DNA from: Candidatus Heimdallarchaeota archaeon | Lineage (GTDB): Archaea > Asgardarchaeota > Wukongarchaeia > Wukongarchaeales > JBHIFL01 | Direction: 5' to 3' | Assembly (NCBI GenBank): GCA_046761065.1 | Contig: JBHIFL010000023.1 | Location: 1-49,930, forward strand | DNA: 49,930 bases | Shown: one piece after another, positions 27,591-37,846 of the stretch | Layout of the letters: every line of letters starts with the position of its first letter | Position numbering within the stretch: position 1 is the first letter of the stretch | Position numbers and translations under genes: made by a program | Notes under the pieces: model-generated | Databases searched by the model: none | What the model was told of the DNA's origin: nothing | The model's input: only the letters and a program-made list of their open reading frames with translations

Positions 27591-29012
27591 TTGAATAAAC
27601 GTGAAGGAAAGGTCAAAAAATCAATAAAAATCCATAAAGCGTTGCACAAAAAATTGATGATACAAAAGTTGGTAGTAGCTGGAATATTAATTATAGGCTT
27701 TATGATAGCAACTTCCACCAATACAAATCACTCCATGGTTTTGGCAGACCCAAGAAGACCTTGGAATGTAGTCGATGCGTTTTGGGGAACGATGGTTATG
27801 CCAATGGAAGTAGGTCCAGGCGACGAAAATGTCCCGTTAAGTATCATAATCCAGTATTTACCATACATAGATATATTGGATAACAAAGTTTTTCCTGCTA
27901 CAGGAATTTCTATCGAATTGGATATTAGTCCACCCTTCACGGTGTCAAGTGGGATCGATCCCATAGCCATACCTACTTTGTTGAGTGTAGGCGTTGGGCA
28001 ATCCCAACAAGGACCCTTTCAGCCAGGGGATGTTGGGGTTGTACAATATGAGTTAAGCATTCATCCAAACGCATTGATCAACCAAACATATGAGATGGCA
28101 ATCCATATCATGTATTTCCTAGATAAAACAACCATAGGCAAAGGCCTCAAATACGAGGCAGATACAGTACCTGTCAAAGTAAGGATTTCAGGACGGTCTC
28201 GCTTTGAAGTGGAACTTTTACCAGACAAGATTACAGGGGGTAGAACCAACCTAATCTCGCTTCGAATACACAATCTTGGTACTAGTTATTCTCATGACAC
28301 ACACATCACAATTGAATTACCACCCCCCTTGATTTTAATCGGAATGGATAATGAGTTATACATTGATCAGCTCCTCGCTCAAAGCTTTACAGAGTTCAAC
28401 CTTACCATCTACGCACCGGAAGCGGCCATAGGGTTCACATATCCGATTGCTATCACGGTGATCTTCAAAGATCAGACGGGAATAGACCAGTTGGAACTTC
28501 GTCAGCTCGGTCTGATGGTGATCGGCGAAATTGATCTGTTGGTGTATGACCTTAGCCTGTTTCCCTCGGAAGTACCAGCAAACAGCAATGTCACCGTGTC
28601 AGGGAGCCTTTTGAACCGCGGTAATATCGAAGCTATGTACGTCAATGTGACCCTAGCGGAAGACGCCCACTTCAGAACAACCGCAATGAGCACGTATTAT
28701 GTGGGTCAGGTAGATCCCAATGCGCCAATCCCATTTGCGTTGACCGCGTTCTTACAAGAAGGGGTTGAAGAAGGTACATATCCCCTCACTCTCTTGATCG
28801 AGTACCGAGACGATTATGGAGGGCATTACACCCTAACAAAGACCACGTCTGTCGTAGTGATTCCAGCTGAACAAACCGGACCGGTCGAAACACCCAGCCC
28901 GGACGTTATCCAACGAATTTCTGACACGTTCTTTAGACCAATTCCCCTTCTAGTGACCGCGATCGTGATTGTGGTTCTCTGGAGAATTTTGAGGAGAAAA
29001 GAAGAAGCTTAA
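27591..29012 (+). CDS. COG1361 S-layer-domain (Ig-like repeat) membrane-anchored protein
   Basis: N-terminal signal, EVGPGD, repeated NLG/NRG Ig-like motifs, C-terminal TM followed by a basic tail; typical position between SalX and SalY genes. Confidence 0.8.
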   Translation: MNKREGKVKKSIKIHKALHKKLMIQKLVVAGILIIGFMIATSTNTNHSMVLADPRRPWNVVDAFWGTMVMPMEVGPGDENVPLSIIIQYLPYIDILDNKVFPATGISIELDISPPFTVSSGIDPIAIPTLLSVGVGQSQQGPFQPGDVGVVQYELSIHPNALINQTYEMAIHIMYFLDKTTIGKGLKYEADTVPVKVRISGRSRFEVELLPDKITGGRTNLISLRIHNLGTSYSHDTHITIELPPPLILIGMDNELYIDQLLAQSFTEFNLTIYAPEAAIGFTYPIAITVIFKDQTGIDQLELRQLGLMVIGEIDLLVYDLSLFPSEVPANSNVTVSGSLLNRGNIEAMYVNVTLAEDAHFRTTAMSTYYVGQVDPNAPIPFALTAFLQEGVEEGTYPLTLLIEYRDDYGGHYTLTKTTSVVVIPAEQTGPVETPSPDVIQRISDTFFRPIPLLVTAIVIVVLWRILRRKEEA

Positions 29013-29026
29013 GGAAGTCCCATAAA

Positions 29027-30292
29027 TTGAAAGCTTCAGATGTTGCCCGCCTTTCATACGGAGCCTTCAAGCAGCGGCGGCTTAGAAGTGCATTGACGGT
29101 TCTAGGTATCATGATTGGCGCAGCTGTGGTGGTGGGCTTAGTTTCTTCCACCCAAGGTGTCAGCGATGCCATCGTTGGAGAGCTAAGTAAATTGAGTGCA
29201 GATGTCATAATGGCATTTCCAGCTTCCGCCGCAGCGCACCTTACCACGATTGATGAACGCCTTATTGCGAGTGTGCCCCATGTGAAAACCGTAATTCCAG
29301 CATATGTCGGAATGGCTCAACTGACATCTGGACGCGAGTCAAAAGAACTCCAGCTGTTTGGCATCGATCAAACATACTTACCAACACTATTGAAAGGACT
29401 AAATGTCGAACAAGGGGCTTTTGTGTCCCAGTTCGATGCGGGGGGGATTCTTCTCGGAGCAAAGGCAGCAAATCCGCCTGGATCAACGACCCCTTTCGCT
29501 CGCCTCAATCAAGCGGTCTCGGTTGAAGTGGCACGTAGAGTTGAAGGGGAAATCGAGATATCCCGCCGGACATTCATCGTCCGAGGTATAACGGCCGAAT
29601 ATGGCACCGCGTTTGTTGTGAACATTGACAATGTGGCGTGTGTTTCCCTTAATGCGGCCCGGACATTATTAGGAAGCACGAGTTATACAGCAATATTTGT
29701 TGTGGCCCACTCACCCGATTATGTGGATCAAGTAGCGGATCGCCTAAAAGAGATGTACGGCGAAGATTTAGACATCATCACCTCGAAACAAATCCTTAAC
29801 ATTGTCCAGAGCATCACCGGGGTGCTCATCATCTTCTTGGGTGGAATTGCCGCGATTTCCCTGATTGTAGCCGGAATTGGGATTGCGAACATCATGTTCG
29901 TGTCGGTGATGGAGCGGACCCGTGAGATTGGTGTCTTAAAAGCTCTTGGTTTCAAACAGTTTGATATCCTATGGCTCTTTCTCTCAGAAGCTCTCTTAAC
30001 CGGGATCATAGGAGGAATTGTTGGGTGTGGCTTGGGGATTCTCTTTGGTTATGGGATAACCAATTTTTTTGTCGGGGGATTCGGCGGGATGGGGGAGGAT
30101 GGAGGAGATATTGGGGGTAATGGAGGCTTTGGGGAAGGTGGTGGATTTAACATTATAATCACCCCCTCATTCACTCCCGAGTTAATAATGATTGCTGTAG
30201 GGTTTGCAGTGTTAATTGCGGCTATCGCAGGGCTCTACCCCTCTTGGAAAGCCTCTAAATTAAACCCTGTTGACGCACTAAGAGCTGAATGA
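29027..30292 (+). CDS. ABC transporter permease (MacB/FtsX)
   Basis: RSALTVLGIMIG, GIANIMFVSVMERTREIGVLKALG, YPSWKASKLNPVDALRAE. Confidence 0.93.
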   Translation: MKASDVARLSYGAFKQRRLRSALTVLGIMIGAAVVVGLVSSTQGVSDAIVGELSKLSADVIMAFPASAAAHLTTIDERLIASVPHVKTVIPAYVGMAQLTSGRESKELQLFGIDQTYLPTLLKGLNVEQGAFVSQFDAGGILLGAKAANPPGSTTPFARLNQAVSVEVARRVEGEIEISRRTFIVRGITAEYGTAFVVNIDNVACVSLNAARTLLGSTSYTAIFVVAHSPDYVDQVADRLKEMYGEDLDIITSKQILNIVQSITGVLIIFLGGIAAISLIVAGIGIANIMFVSVMERTREIGVLKALGFKQFDILWLFLSEALLTGIIGGIVGCGLGILFGYGITNFFVGGFGGMGEDGGDIGGNGGFGEGGGFNIIITPSFTPELIMIAVGFAVLIAAIAGLYPSWKASKLNPVDALRAE

Positions 30293-30447
30293 CCCCGCCC
30301 CTATTCAGGGCATTCACTCATTTTGATGATGGAATATTCTTGGGATTAAGTTCCTATATTGAGAAATTCTTATTCATGTTTTTTTTATTGTTTTATAGGT
30401 AGATTTTACAGGTGAGAATGTTCACCCCAACGCGATGGTGAAAGCCT

Positions 30448-30879
30448 TTGCTAACGCAAGCAATTCTGCTCACAGGAAAAGATATCCCCGAAATTTTCTC
30501 CTTTTTTCCCGAATTGGAAGATAATCTTCTAACAGAGACAAAAAATAACATATTAAGCATATTTGACCCAAAATCAAAGATAATGCGTTTTATTGAATGT
30601 GATCCTAATGAAACGGTTATGAAACTGGTTATAGAGACTCAAGGAGGTCTTGCAGCTTCAACAACAAGTCGTTTATTGAGATTGATCTCTAAACATATCT
30701 CTACATTACTATTTTCCACAGGGTTTTGTGAAGAGGAAGGAACATGTTATTGGGAAGGATTCTTCCTATATTCTGCCCTCGCTGATGGCTCATTAGAGCC
30801 ACTTCAAGCAGCGTTGTCGAAATTTAAAGAGATCTCACAACATGAGGTTCGTCATATAACAGAAAAAAAAGTTCAGTGA
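30448..30879 (+). CDS. Hypothetical protein, possibly with a C-terminal ACT-like fold
   Basis: 143-aa ORF with GGTGA RBS before TTG; LFSTGFC...CYWEGFF motif; the fold is only a guess. Confidence 0.55.
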   Translation: MLTQAILLTGKDIPEIFSFFPELEDNLLTETKNNILSIFDPKSKIMRFIECDPNETVMKLVIETQGGLAASTTSRLLRLISKHISTLLFSTGFCEEEGTCYWEGFFLYSALADGSLEPLQAALSKFKEISQHEVRHITEKKVQ

Positions 30880-31114
30880 CCGTTCCAGTGCGACAACTCG
30901 AGCTTGAGAACAAGAAAAAAAGGGAGTATTTTGTTTGTGTGCATTAGCTATGATCTAAAGACTAATATCTTCGATAATGTCGCTTAAAGCCAAAAAGACA
31001 TAGGATAGCGACTTATCATCCAATTATGAGATAGTTTTTTTCTATTTACCCGGTTTCTCCAATGTTGGAAGAGAGGGTTAGCTGCACAAATTTCAATGGT
31101 CGTCTTTAAACATC

Positions 31115-31330
31115 TTATTGCCAGCGAGCAAACGCCAACTTGATGTCATCTTCGACGACGGTTGTCCTCTTGCTGTGTCTTGCCAGTTCTACAGCTGATT
31201 TCCCAATGGACACTGCGAGATCCTCTAGGATGTCTCGTAGAGCCGTAGTAGCCTCCGAACTGACACGAGCAGCTCCCGCTCTCCGGACGAGGCGGTCAAT
31301 CGGAGCAAGGGGCAATTCTCGCTTTGCCAT
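31115..31330 (-). CDS. Archaeal histone (HMf/HTk family)
   Basis: MAKRELPLAPIDRLVRRAGAARVS...LARHSKRTTVVEDDIKLA; RBS-like GGTGTGA upstream of ATG 31330. Confidence 0.95.
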   Translation of the reverse strand: MAKRELPLAPIDRLVRRAGAARVSSEATTALRDILEDLAVSIGKSAVELARHSKRTTVVEDDIKLAFARWQ

Positions 31331-32201
31331 TTCATTCACACCTTTACGGGCAACCCCACCTAAGGCACCCCAAACTGGTTTCACCTATTGGGCGGCACAT
31401 AGGAAGGTTCGCTTAATGCGTGTAGACGACCCTCTTCCTTTTAAGGTTTTCTGTTTTCGATCGATTGTATGAGGCTTATGATGGGTATCCTTAGGTGGGA
31501 GTGACCTTTTCTTTAAAGTGATCCCTCAAGGTTTTGTAAGGGTAACCATCCCAGTAATCACTTTAGCGAATAGGATTATCCTTAGTGTTATTGGACTTAG
31601 GAACCTGGATATATTATAAAAACATGTAAAAAACCCAAATAATACCCTGATTTTATGTGAACTTGCATTCCTTATAGGTTAATCTCGGACAAGTGGGTAG
31701 ACGGGTCTGATGCAAAGAAGAGATAGATTATGATCAAATCTCAGCAAAATTGGAATGGTGGAACTAAATGTATACTACCCAATCAACAATGGTTGGGCCT
31801 TTATGAGCGCGTGCAACTTTCAGCCAATTATATCTCAATTTATTACATGATCCCAAAGTAACTGAGCTTATGGAAAAGTTAAGTCGATGCATCACGAAAC
31901 AGAAGCAGAATTCTCTGTGCTTCCACAATTTATAGATGAGTTTTTAGGACTTAATTTTGAGAATTTTGATCACAAGAATCTTTAGATTAATATCAGAGAG
32001 GAAATTTAGCCTTTTTTCTGATCGGTAGAACTTTAAAAGGTATTTGATTTAAACGTTGATAAGATTCATTTCCTATAATGCTTCAAAACCATATATTTTG
32101 AAGCAAGATGAGGAGACAAGTTCCATTTTTACAATGATTTTTACTTTCTCGGAAGGTGCAAAATTGCACTTTACAAACCCATATCATCCTTCTAGGAGTC
32201 T

Positions 32202-33262
32202 TCACCAGTATGGAAAGGGTGATAGCCAGTTCCCAACCTTCACCTGCGATTCCTTGAGGATCTCCCTATCGTAGGCACCGAACTCCTCCTCGGCCAAATC
32301 GATTGGCACACGATTGAGCTCAGGAACTTGCAATATCCATTGATCTGTGAGGTTAAGGAGGATTGCGTCAAGGGATACGAGGTCTCTACCAAAGGCTACG
32401 ACCCCCAAACCCTCTACAATGTTATACTTCATACGCGGGAGGAGTAACGGGAACGTACCTTCAGGATGGGGGTAGGCCATGGTATTCAATGCTTCGCAGA
32501 TCCCGTAAACATTGAAGAGAGAGTGGTAGACCTTATTGATATCGACGATGCTCATGGCGATTCGCGAGCCCTTTGGGCCATGCCACCAAGGCCTTGCTGG
32601 ATCGGGTATCATTCCGAACAAGTTCTTTAATGTGAAGCTAGCGTACATTTTCAGCTTGGCTAAGCTGATGAATGTCGATCCGCGCAGATTAAAAAGCTTC
32701 TTCGGCACCATACAGTAGAGCTTGTCTGACTGGACCGGTCTGAAACGGGTCTCCACTGACTTTTTACTTTGGTGGGATCTGTTATCCTTCCATTCCATAC
32801 CTCATCGGTCACATTGATGTAACTGACGTTGAACTCCTTGAAGAGATCCGTGAAACCTTGTTCGTCGAGGAAGGCTTTATCCTCCTTCTTGATCCGATCC
32901 CAGTGCCCGCCTTTTCTGAACCAGTCCCAATTTGGGTTCGCGATAAGCCAGTTCCAGCTTTCACCCATCAGGAGCCATTTCCAGTTGACCGTTTTGTCCC
33001 CGACGATGAAGTTCATCCCCTCGCGCGCACGTCGGAGTAAGATATGGGACTCCGTGACCACAATATGAGAGTCGATCACCTCAAACATCATCCTCAGGGT
33101 TTCTGAGTCGGTGAAATTCGCTGGCTCGTTTGTTACCCAGTTCGGTTTGATAATGATGGCCTCGGATTTGAGCCAAGGGTCAACTAACATCCGCCTTAAT
33201 TCACCAGAATCGCTCACTTTCGCTATGGTAGTTTGGTTGAACTTGTAATGAGGAATAGACAT
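32202..33262 (-). pseudogene. DUF362-domain protein split by a single frameshift at about 32761-32765 (real or sequencing error)
   Basis: N-half has IIIKPNWV and VVTES; C-half has LAKLK..FTLKNLFG and DLVSLDA. One extra A in the A5 run joins both ORFs as TKVKKSVETRF. Confidence 0.75.
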
Positions 33263-33388
33263 GTAAACACTTTGTTTTAAAATGAATCTGATCACAATTA
33301 TACTTTACGAAGAAATGTAAAGTATTGCACGAAATAAGTAATTTAAAATATCACGCATTGTCCGGCAATTAAATTCGTCTAAATTTTG

Positions 33389-34318
33389 TTAAGATTCCTG
33401 TATCTTCTCTACAAGCCTCAAAGCCAGTTCTTCAATATAACTTCGGTTCTCCAGTTTCAAAATCCATTCTGAAGGGATGCTTTCTACCCCTAAGAAGGCT
33501 CCAGAGATCCCACTGGCCATTGCGCCGATAGTATCACGATCCCCCCGAACCAGTATCGCATGAAAAAGACATCCTACAAACGAATGAGGATTCCTTAAGA
33601 AGGAATAGATAGCAAATGGCACAGATCCATGAATCGTTACATTTGTTCCCAGCTCACGAGCCGTGCAACGTTGATCAGCATTTTTATCGATTAATTGTTT
33701 CACCAATAAGAGCCTTTTTTTAAATATAAGGGTTCGAGGGATTTTTTCTAGCTCAGATAAATAATAGTTGAGAGGAAATTCCTTTTCTGGGTTAAGGGGA
33801 ACCACCATTGCAATAGCATGTGCTAATATCGCAGCTCCATCCTTGGCCAGAGGGTGGGCATGTGTAACCACAGCGGACTGGGCAGCCCGCTCATAAATAT
33901 CCTTCGAATTATAAAAGAAGAGTCCCAAGGGGGTAATTCGCATAGCCGCCCCATTCCCATAGGATCCTTCTCCTCCGAAAAGACGTTGAGCGGCCTCTTG
34001 ATAAGAGTACCCTTGCCGAACCAAAGTGAAGACTTCAGGAGGTCCGGGTCCATACCCCCGCCATGGTTCTCGTTCAAAGTTCTTCCGGAACGTCTCGCCA
34101 AGGTGGTGAAAATCTAATGTTCCTCGCTCCTCTAATGATTCAGCAATCCCTAAGGCCATGGCTGTATCATCAGTGTATTGAAGTAAATCAGTCTTTTCAA
34201 TTAAAGCTTGAAGGGCTTTTTTCGAGGGGATATTGAAAGCAAGTTCTCCAATGGCATCCCCCAAGGCACTGCCCAACATGCCCCCAAGAAACTTGGAACG
34301 AATATAGGGAGTATTCAT
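33389..34318 (-). CDS. ADP-ribosylglycohydrolase family protein (DraG/ARH-like)
   Basis: ALGDAIG, YTDDT, RGYG, SYGNGAAMR, VTHAHP, GDRDTIGAM. Confidence 0.95.
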   Translation of the reverse strand: MNTPYIRSKFLGGMLGSALGDAIGELAFNIPSKKALQALIEKTDLLQYTDDTAMALGIAESLEERGTLDFHHLGETFRKNFEREPWRGYGPGPPEVFTLVRQGYSYQEAAQRLFGGEGSYGNGAAMRITPLGLFFYNSKDIYERAAQSAVVTHAHPLAKDGAAILAHAIAMVVPLNPEKEFPLNYYLSELEKIPRTLIFKKRLLLVKQLIDKNADQRCTARELGTNVTIHGSVPFAIYSFLRNPHSFVGCLFHAILVRGDRDTIGAMASGISGAFLGVESIPSEWILKLENRSYIEELALRLVEKIQES

Positions 34319-34574
34319 TTAATCACTTCAATGAAATGTAAGTCCTAAACAGAACTGAAATAGTAAGGTGGGAATATAAAGCAACCCGTTTAATAACTTA
34401 TATTTGTAAAGGGATATCTAATTGTGCGTATATTGAGTCCAATATCTCTTTTGATTGATCACAAGCTCTCTTTCCCTCTATTATAACATCATGCCAACAT
34501 TATAAGATCCTAATGCCTCTGGGAACTGGTTCATTAGCACGTATAAGTGATATCTCATATGTTTCATGCTAAGA

Positions 34575-34990
34575 ACTTAGAGCGCGACGGCTTCGATGGT
34601 TATCAAACTTATAATGAGCCAAATCGCTAGGAATGTTATGTCTTCATCCTCATCGATGCAAAGCACTTGCATTGGATAGGATTCTGCTATATTACACTTT
34701 CCTGAGGGACATCCCAAACAAGGATCGCCTTCATAGCAGATTGGAGTCTCTTCATCCTCGATTTTTTAACATTCACCAGATTCGCAGGTGGTATTTACAT
34801 CACAGTATTGTTCCTGGTTCGGCTGTTTTTGCTTAACCCTGTTTACATTTACCTTATAGTAGACCATATCCTTTTTACTGTCGATTTCTATCATTAAACT
34901 CGGCATTCTGTCACTGTCACGGAAAAAACTAAAATCACCATTAAAGCAATAGAATTGGTCCATTATCGAAGTATCATTTATACCACCCAA
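34575..34990 (-). pseudogene. Decayed Cys-rich, probably membrane-anchored protein
   Basis: The frame continues through the TAA at 34768-34766: YCDVNTTCESGEC*KIEDEETPICYEGDPCLGCPSGKC...FLAIWLIISLITIEAVAL*. Confidence 0.45.
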
Positions 34991-35323
34991 TTGTATTAAT
35001 AAGTTTGCTCACGCAATTTTTTATATTTATTGGGCAGGTACAAACTTGTAGGAAATGAACAGACGTCTTAGAGTCCCAGCTAGGATATTAACACATTTTC
35101 ATCAATGAATCTGCTGCAAACTCATTATAGAGACCCGTAATTAGACAATTGAGACTAGAATTGATCATCAATGTCACGACAATATCTTAGATCCTCATTC
35201 ATCAACAATTACAATAGCTGCTTCTACAAATCGTGTTCAATTACTATGTTGTAATATCCAATGAAATATTTTTATGAGTAGCAATTGCGTGAGTAAAACG
35301 ATAGAAGATCCAGGGTGCTTATC

Positions 35324-36931
35324 ATGGATGTAATCGAATCAAAAATTGACATTGAGGACCCTGAGTTCAAGAAAAACAAAGAGCATTATTTAACCTTGCT
35401 TGCTGACCTGAAAAAGAGTCTTGAGCAAGTGAGGCAGGGTGGTCCTCTAGAGACTCATGAACGACATGAAGCACGGGGGAAAATGTTTGCCCGCGAGCGG
35501 ATTGAACAGTTACTGGATCCAGAAACGCCCTTCTTGGAACTATCCCCGATGGCGGCTTTTAATTTGCATGATAATCAAGCACCATCGGCAGGAGTGATCA
35601 CGGGGATTGGGTTGGTTCACGGGCGGGAAGTGATGATCGTAGCGAATGATGCAACGGTGAAGGGAGGTACATATTTTCCGGAGACAATTAAAAAGCACCT
35701 TCGCGCGCAGGAAATCGCGGAAGAGAATCATTTGCCGTGTATCTACTTAGTGGATTCAGGGGGCATCTTCCTGCCGTTGCAAGACCAAGTGTTCGCGGAT
35801 GTGATCGGGTTTGGACGGATCTTTTACAATCAAGCGCGGATGTCCGCAAAAAAGATTCCACAGATCGCGGTGGTGATGGGGTTCTGTACAGCGGGGGGTG
35901 CGTATGTCCCGGCAATGAGTGACGAGACGATCATTGTAAAGGGAGTAGGGACAATTTACATTGGAGGCCCCCCACTGGTGAAAGCAGCAACCGGGGAAGA
36001 AGTGACAGCGGAGGAACTGGGCGGAGCGGATGTACACTGCCGGCAGAGTGGTGTCTCCGATCATTATGCGTTAGATGATGCCCATGCGTTACATCTTACT
36101 CGAAATGTTGTAGAAAATTTGAACCGCCCCCCGAAGACACAGTTGGACATTAAACCCCCGGAAGAGCCACTCTATGACCCAGAAGAGATCTATGGGATCA
36201 TTCCACGGGATCCGCGACAGCCGTTCGAAGTGCGGGAAATAATCGCACGATTGGTGGATGGGAGTCGGTTCCACGAGTTCAAAGCCCTCTATGGGACAAC
36301 TTTGGTCTGTGGATTCGCCCGGATTATGGGCTACCCAGTAGGCATTCTTGCGAACAATGGGGTATTTTTCAGTGAATCATCGCTAAAAGGTGCGCATTTC
36401 ATAGAGATGTGTTGCCAGCGACGGATTCCGTTGGTGTTTTTGCAAAATATCACTGGATTTATCATTGGGAAGAAATACGAGGCGGGAGGGATAGCCAAAG
36501 ATGGGGCAAAAATGGTCCATGCAGTGGCCAACGCGACAGTACCGAAATTTACGGTGATTATAGGAGGAAGCCATGGCGCGGGGAATTATGGGATGTGTGG
36601 GCGGGCATATGCCCCGAGGTTCTTATGGATCTGGCCGAACTCCCGTACAAGCGTCATGGGCGGGGAACAGGCGGCAACGGTTCTGGTGACGATCAAGAAG
36701 GATCAACTACGGAAAAAGGGGAAAGACATGACAGAGGATGAGATGGAAGCAATCAGAAAACCAATTCTGGAGAAATACGACCGTGAGGGGCACCCGTATT
36801 ATTCGACAGCTCGGTTATGGGATGACGGTATCATCGACCCAGTGGATACACGGATGGTTTTAGCTTTGGGGATTTGCACTGCCTTGAACGCCCCGATCCC
36901 AGAACCGAAGTATGGAGTCTTTCGGATGTAA
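35324..36931 (+). CDS. mccB: 3-methylcrotonyl-CoA carboxylase carboxyltransferase (beta) subunit
   Basis: [68 protein letters not shown]. Confidence 0.9.
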   Translation: MDVIESKIDIEDPEFKKNKEHYLTLLADLKKSLEQVRQGGPLETHERHEARGKMFARERIEQLLDPETPFLELSPMAAFNLHDNQAPSAGVITGIGLVHGREVMIVANDATVKGGTYFPETIKKHLRAQEIAEENHLPCIYLVDSGGIFLPLQDQVFADVIGFGRIFYNQARMSAKKIPQIAVVMGFCTAGGAYVPAMSDETIIVKGVGTIYIGGPPLVKAATGEEVTAEELGGADVHCRQSGVSDHYALDDAHALHLTRNVVENLNRPPKTQLDIKPPEEPLYDPEEIYGIIPRDPRQPFEVREIIARLVDGSRFHEFKALYGTTLVCGFARIMGYPVGILANNGVFFSESSLKGAHFIEMCCQRRIPLVFLQNITGFIIGKKYEAGGIAKDGAKMVHAVANATVPKFTVIIGGSHGAGNYGMCGRAYAPRFLWIWPNSRTSVMGGEQAATVLVTIKKDQLRKKGKDMTEDEMEAIRKPILEKYDREGHPYYSTARLWDDGIIDPVDTRMVLALGICTALNAPIPEPKYGVFRM

Positions 36932-36999
36932 CCAATCCAAGGGAACTGTGTAACACACCACACATCATCTCAAAAACACATATCGGGTAAATCATTTGT

Positions 37000-37170
37000 A
37001 CTGGTACCGTTGCCCTGAACTAGTTTAAAATATGCGGTGTTATCGAGTTTTGTCCCAGTCCAGAAGTGATTAAGTGCCGGAAGGAACTTGAAAGGACGCG
37101 AGAACACGAGTAGTGATGTTCACCGGGATTGGAAGGTCATTTTATACCGAAGTGGATAGTCTTTAACTTA
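37000..37170 (+). pseudogene. Remnant of an enoyl-CoA hydratase N-terminus (LiuC-like)
   Basis: GTVALN*FKI..EVIKCRKELE / DARTRVVMFTGIGRSFYTEVD resembles the crotonase pattern T.TLNRP...D..VRVVVLTG.G..F.AG.D; sits directly after mccB. Confidence 0.5.
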
Positions 37171-37846
37171 AGGATAGACGCCATATAGCGAGTAATATTC
37201 AAAATAGAAGATTTTTTATCCTATATAGGAAATTTACAAATAGAAATGTGGTTAGTATAGAAAAATATAGGATATTCTAGAATTATAACATCGTTAAGTT
37301 TAAATATAACATTGTTAATCTATTGGATGTATGACCAAATGAATGAAGTTACCGTGTAGGGTTATTGTGACTATTTTGCCGAGTATCTGGGCAGTGTTAG
37401 TGAAACCAACTCCGTGTGATTGAGTATGAAATGAAGCAAAAGATGTCTCGAAACTGTTTGGGATAGGATAACACATACTTCCGTGGGGTAATATATGACA
37501 TCAGTGTGTAGGGCGGATAATCAAATTCTGGGCATGTTCCAAGGGTTGGAACGATCTGGTTGAGACATGGTCGCGGCACTTATGCTACAAGATGTACAAG
37601 GTATCCAAATTCCGGATTTGTGCCTATTATGTAAAGATCTCCGCTAACGGGAGGCATATTATGACTATTATAGACATGGCACTGTTAGATGATTGCATTA
37701 TCTGCCAGGGGTTTGAAGATGATCCTAAAAGAGGTAAGAGAGGACATGGGGGAGAGACCTAGCTTGAGGAAGATAGGATTGAAGGAGATTTACTAATTGC
37801 AAGAGGTAGGTGCACATCATCGTGCAGTAACTAGGAAGTACGCCAG

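Noticed and set aside
30293-30311. CCCCGCCC..GGGC hairpin resembling an IS200/IS605 end
   Set aside because: Short, with no tnpA/tnpB remnant nearby; more likely a terminator-type hairpin or chance.
31710-31985. Frame interrupted by three TGA stops (possible pseudogene)
   Set aside because: No recognisable family motif; cannot be supported without a search.
37330-37830. Open stretch with VKISANGRHI (propeller-like) in the gap before cbs
   Set aside because: Single weak motif, no clear start or family assignment.
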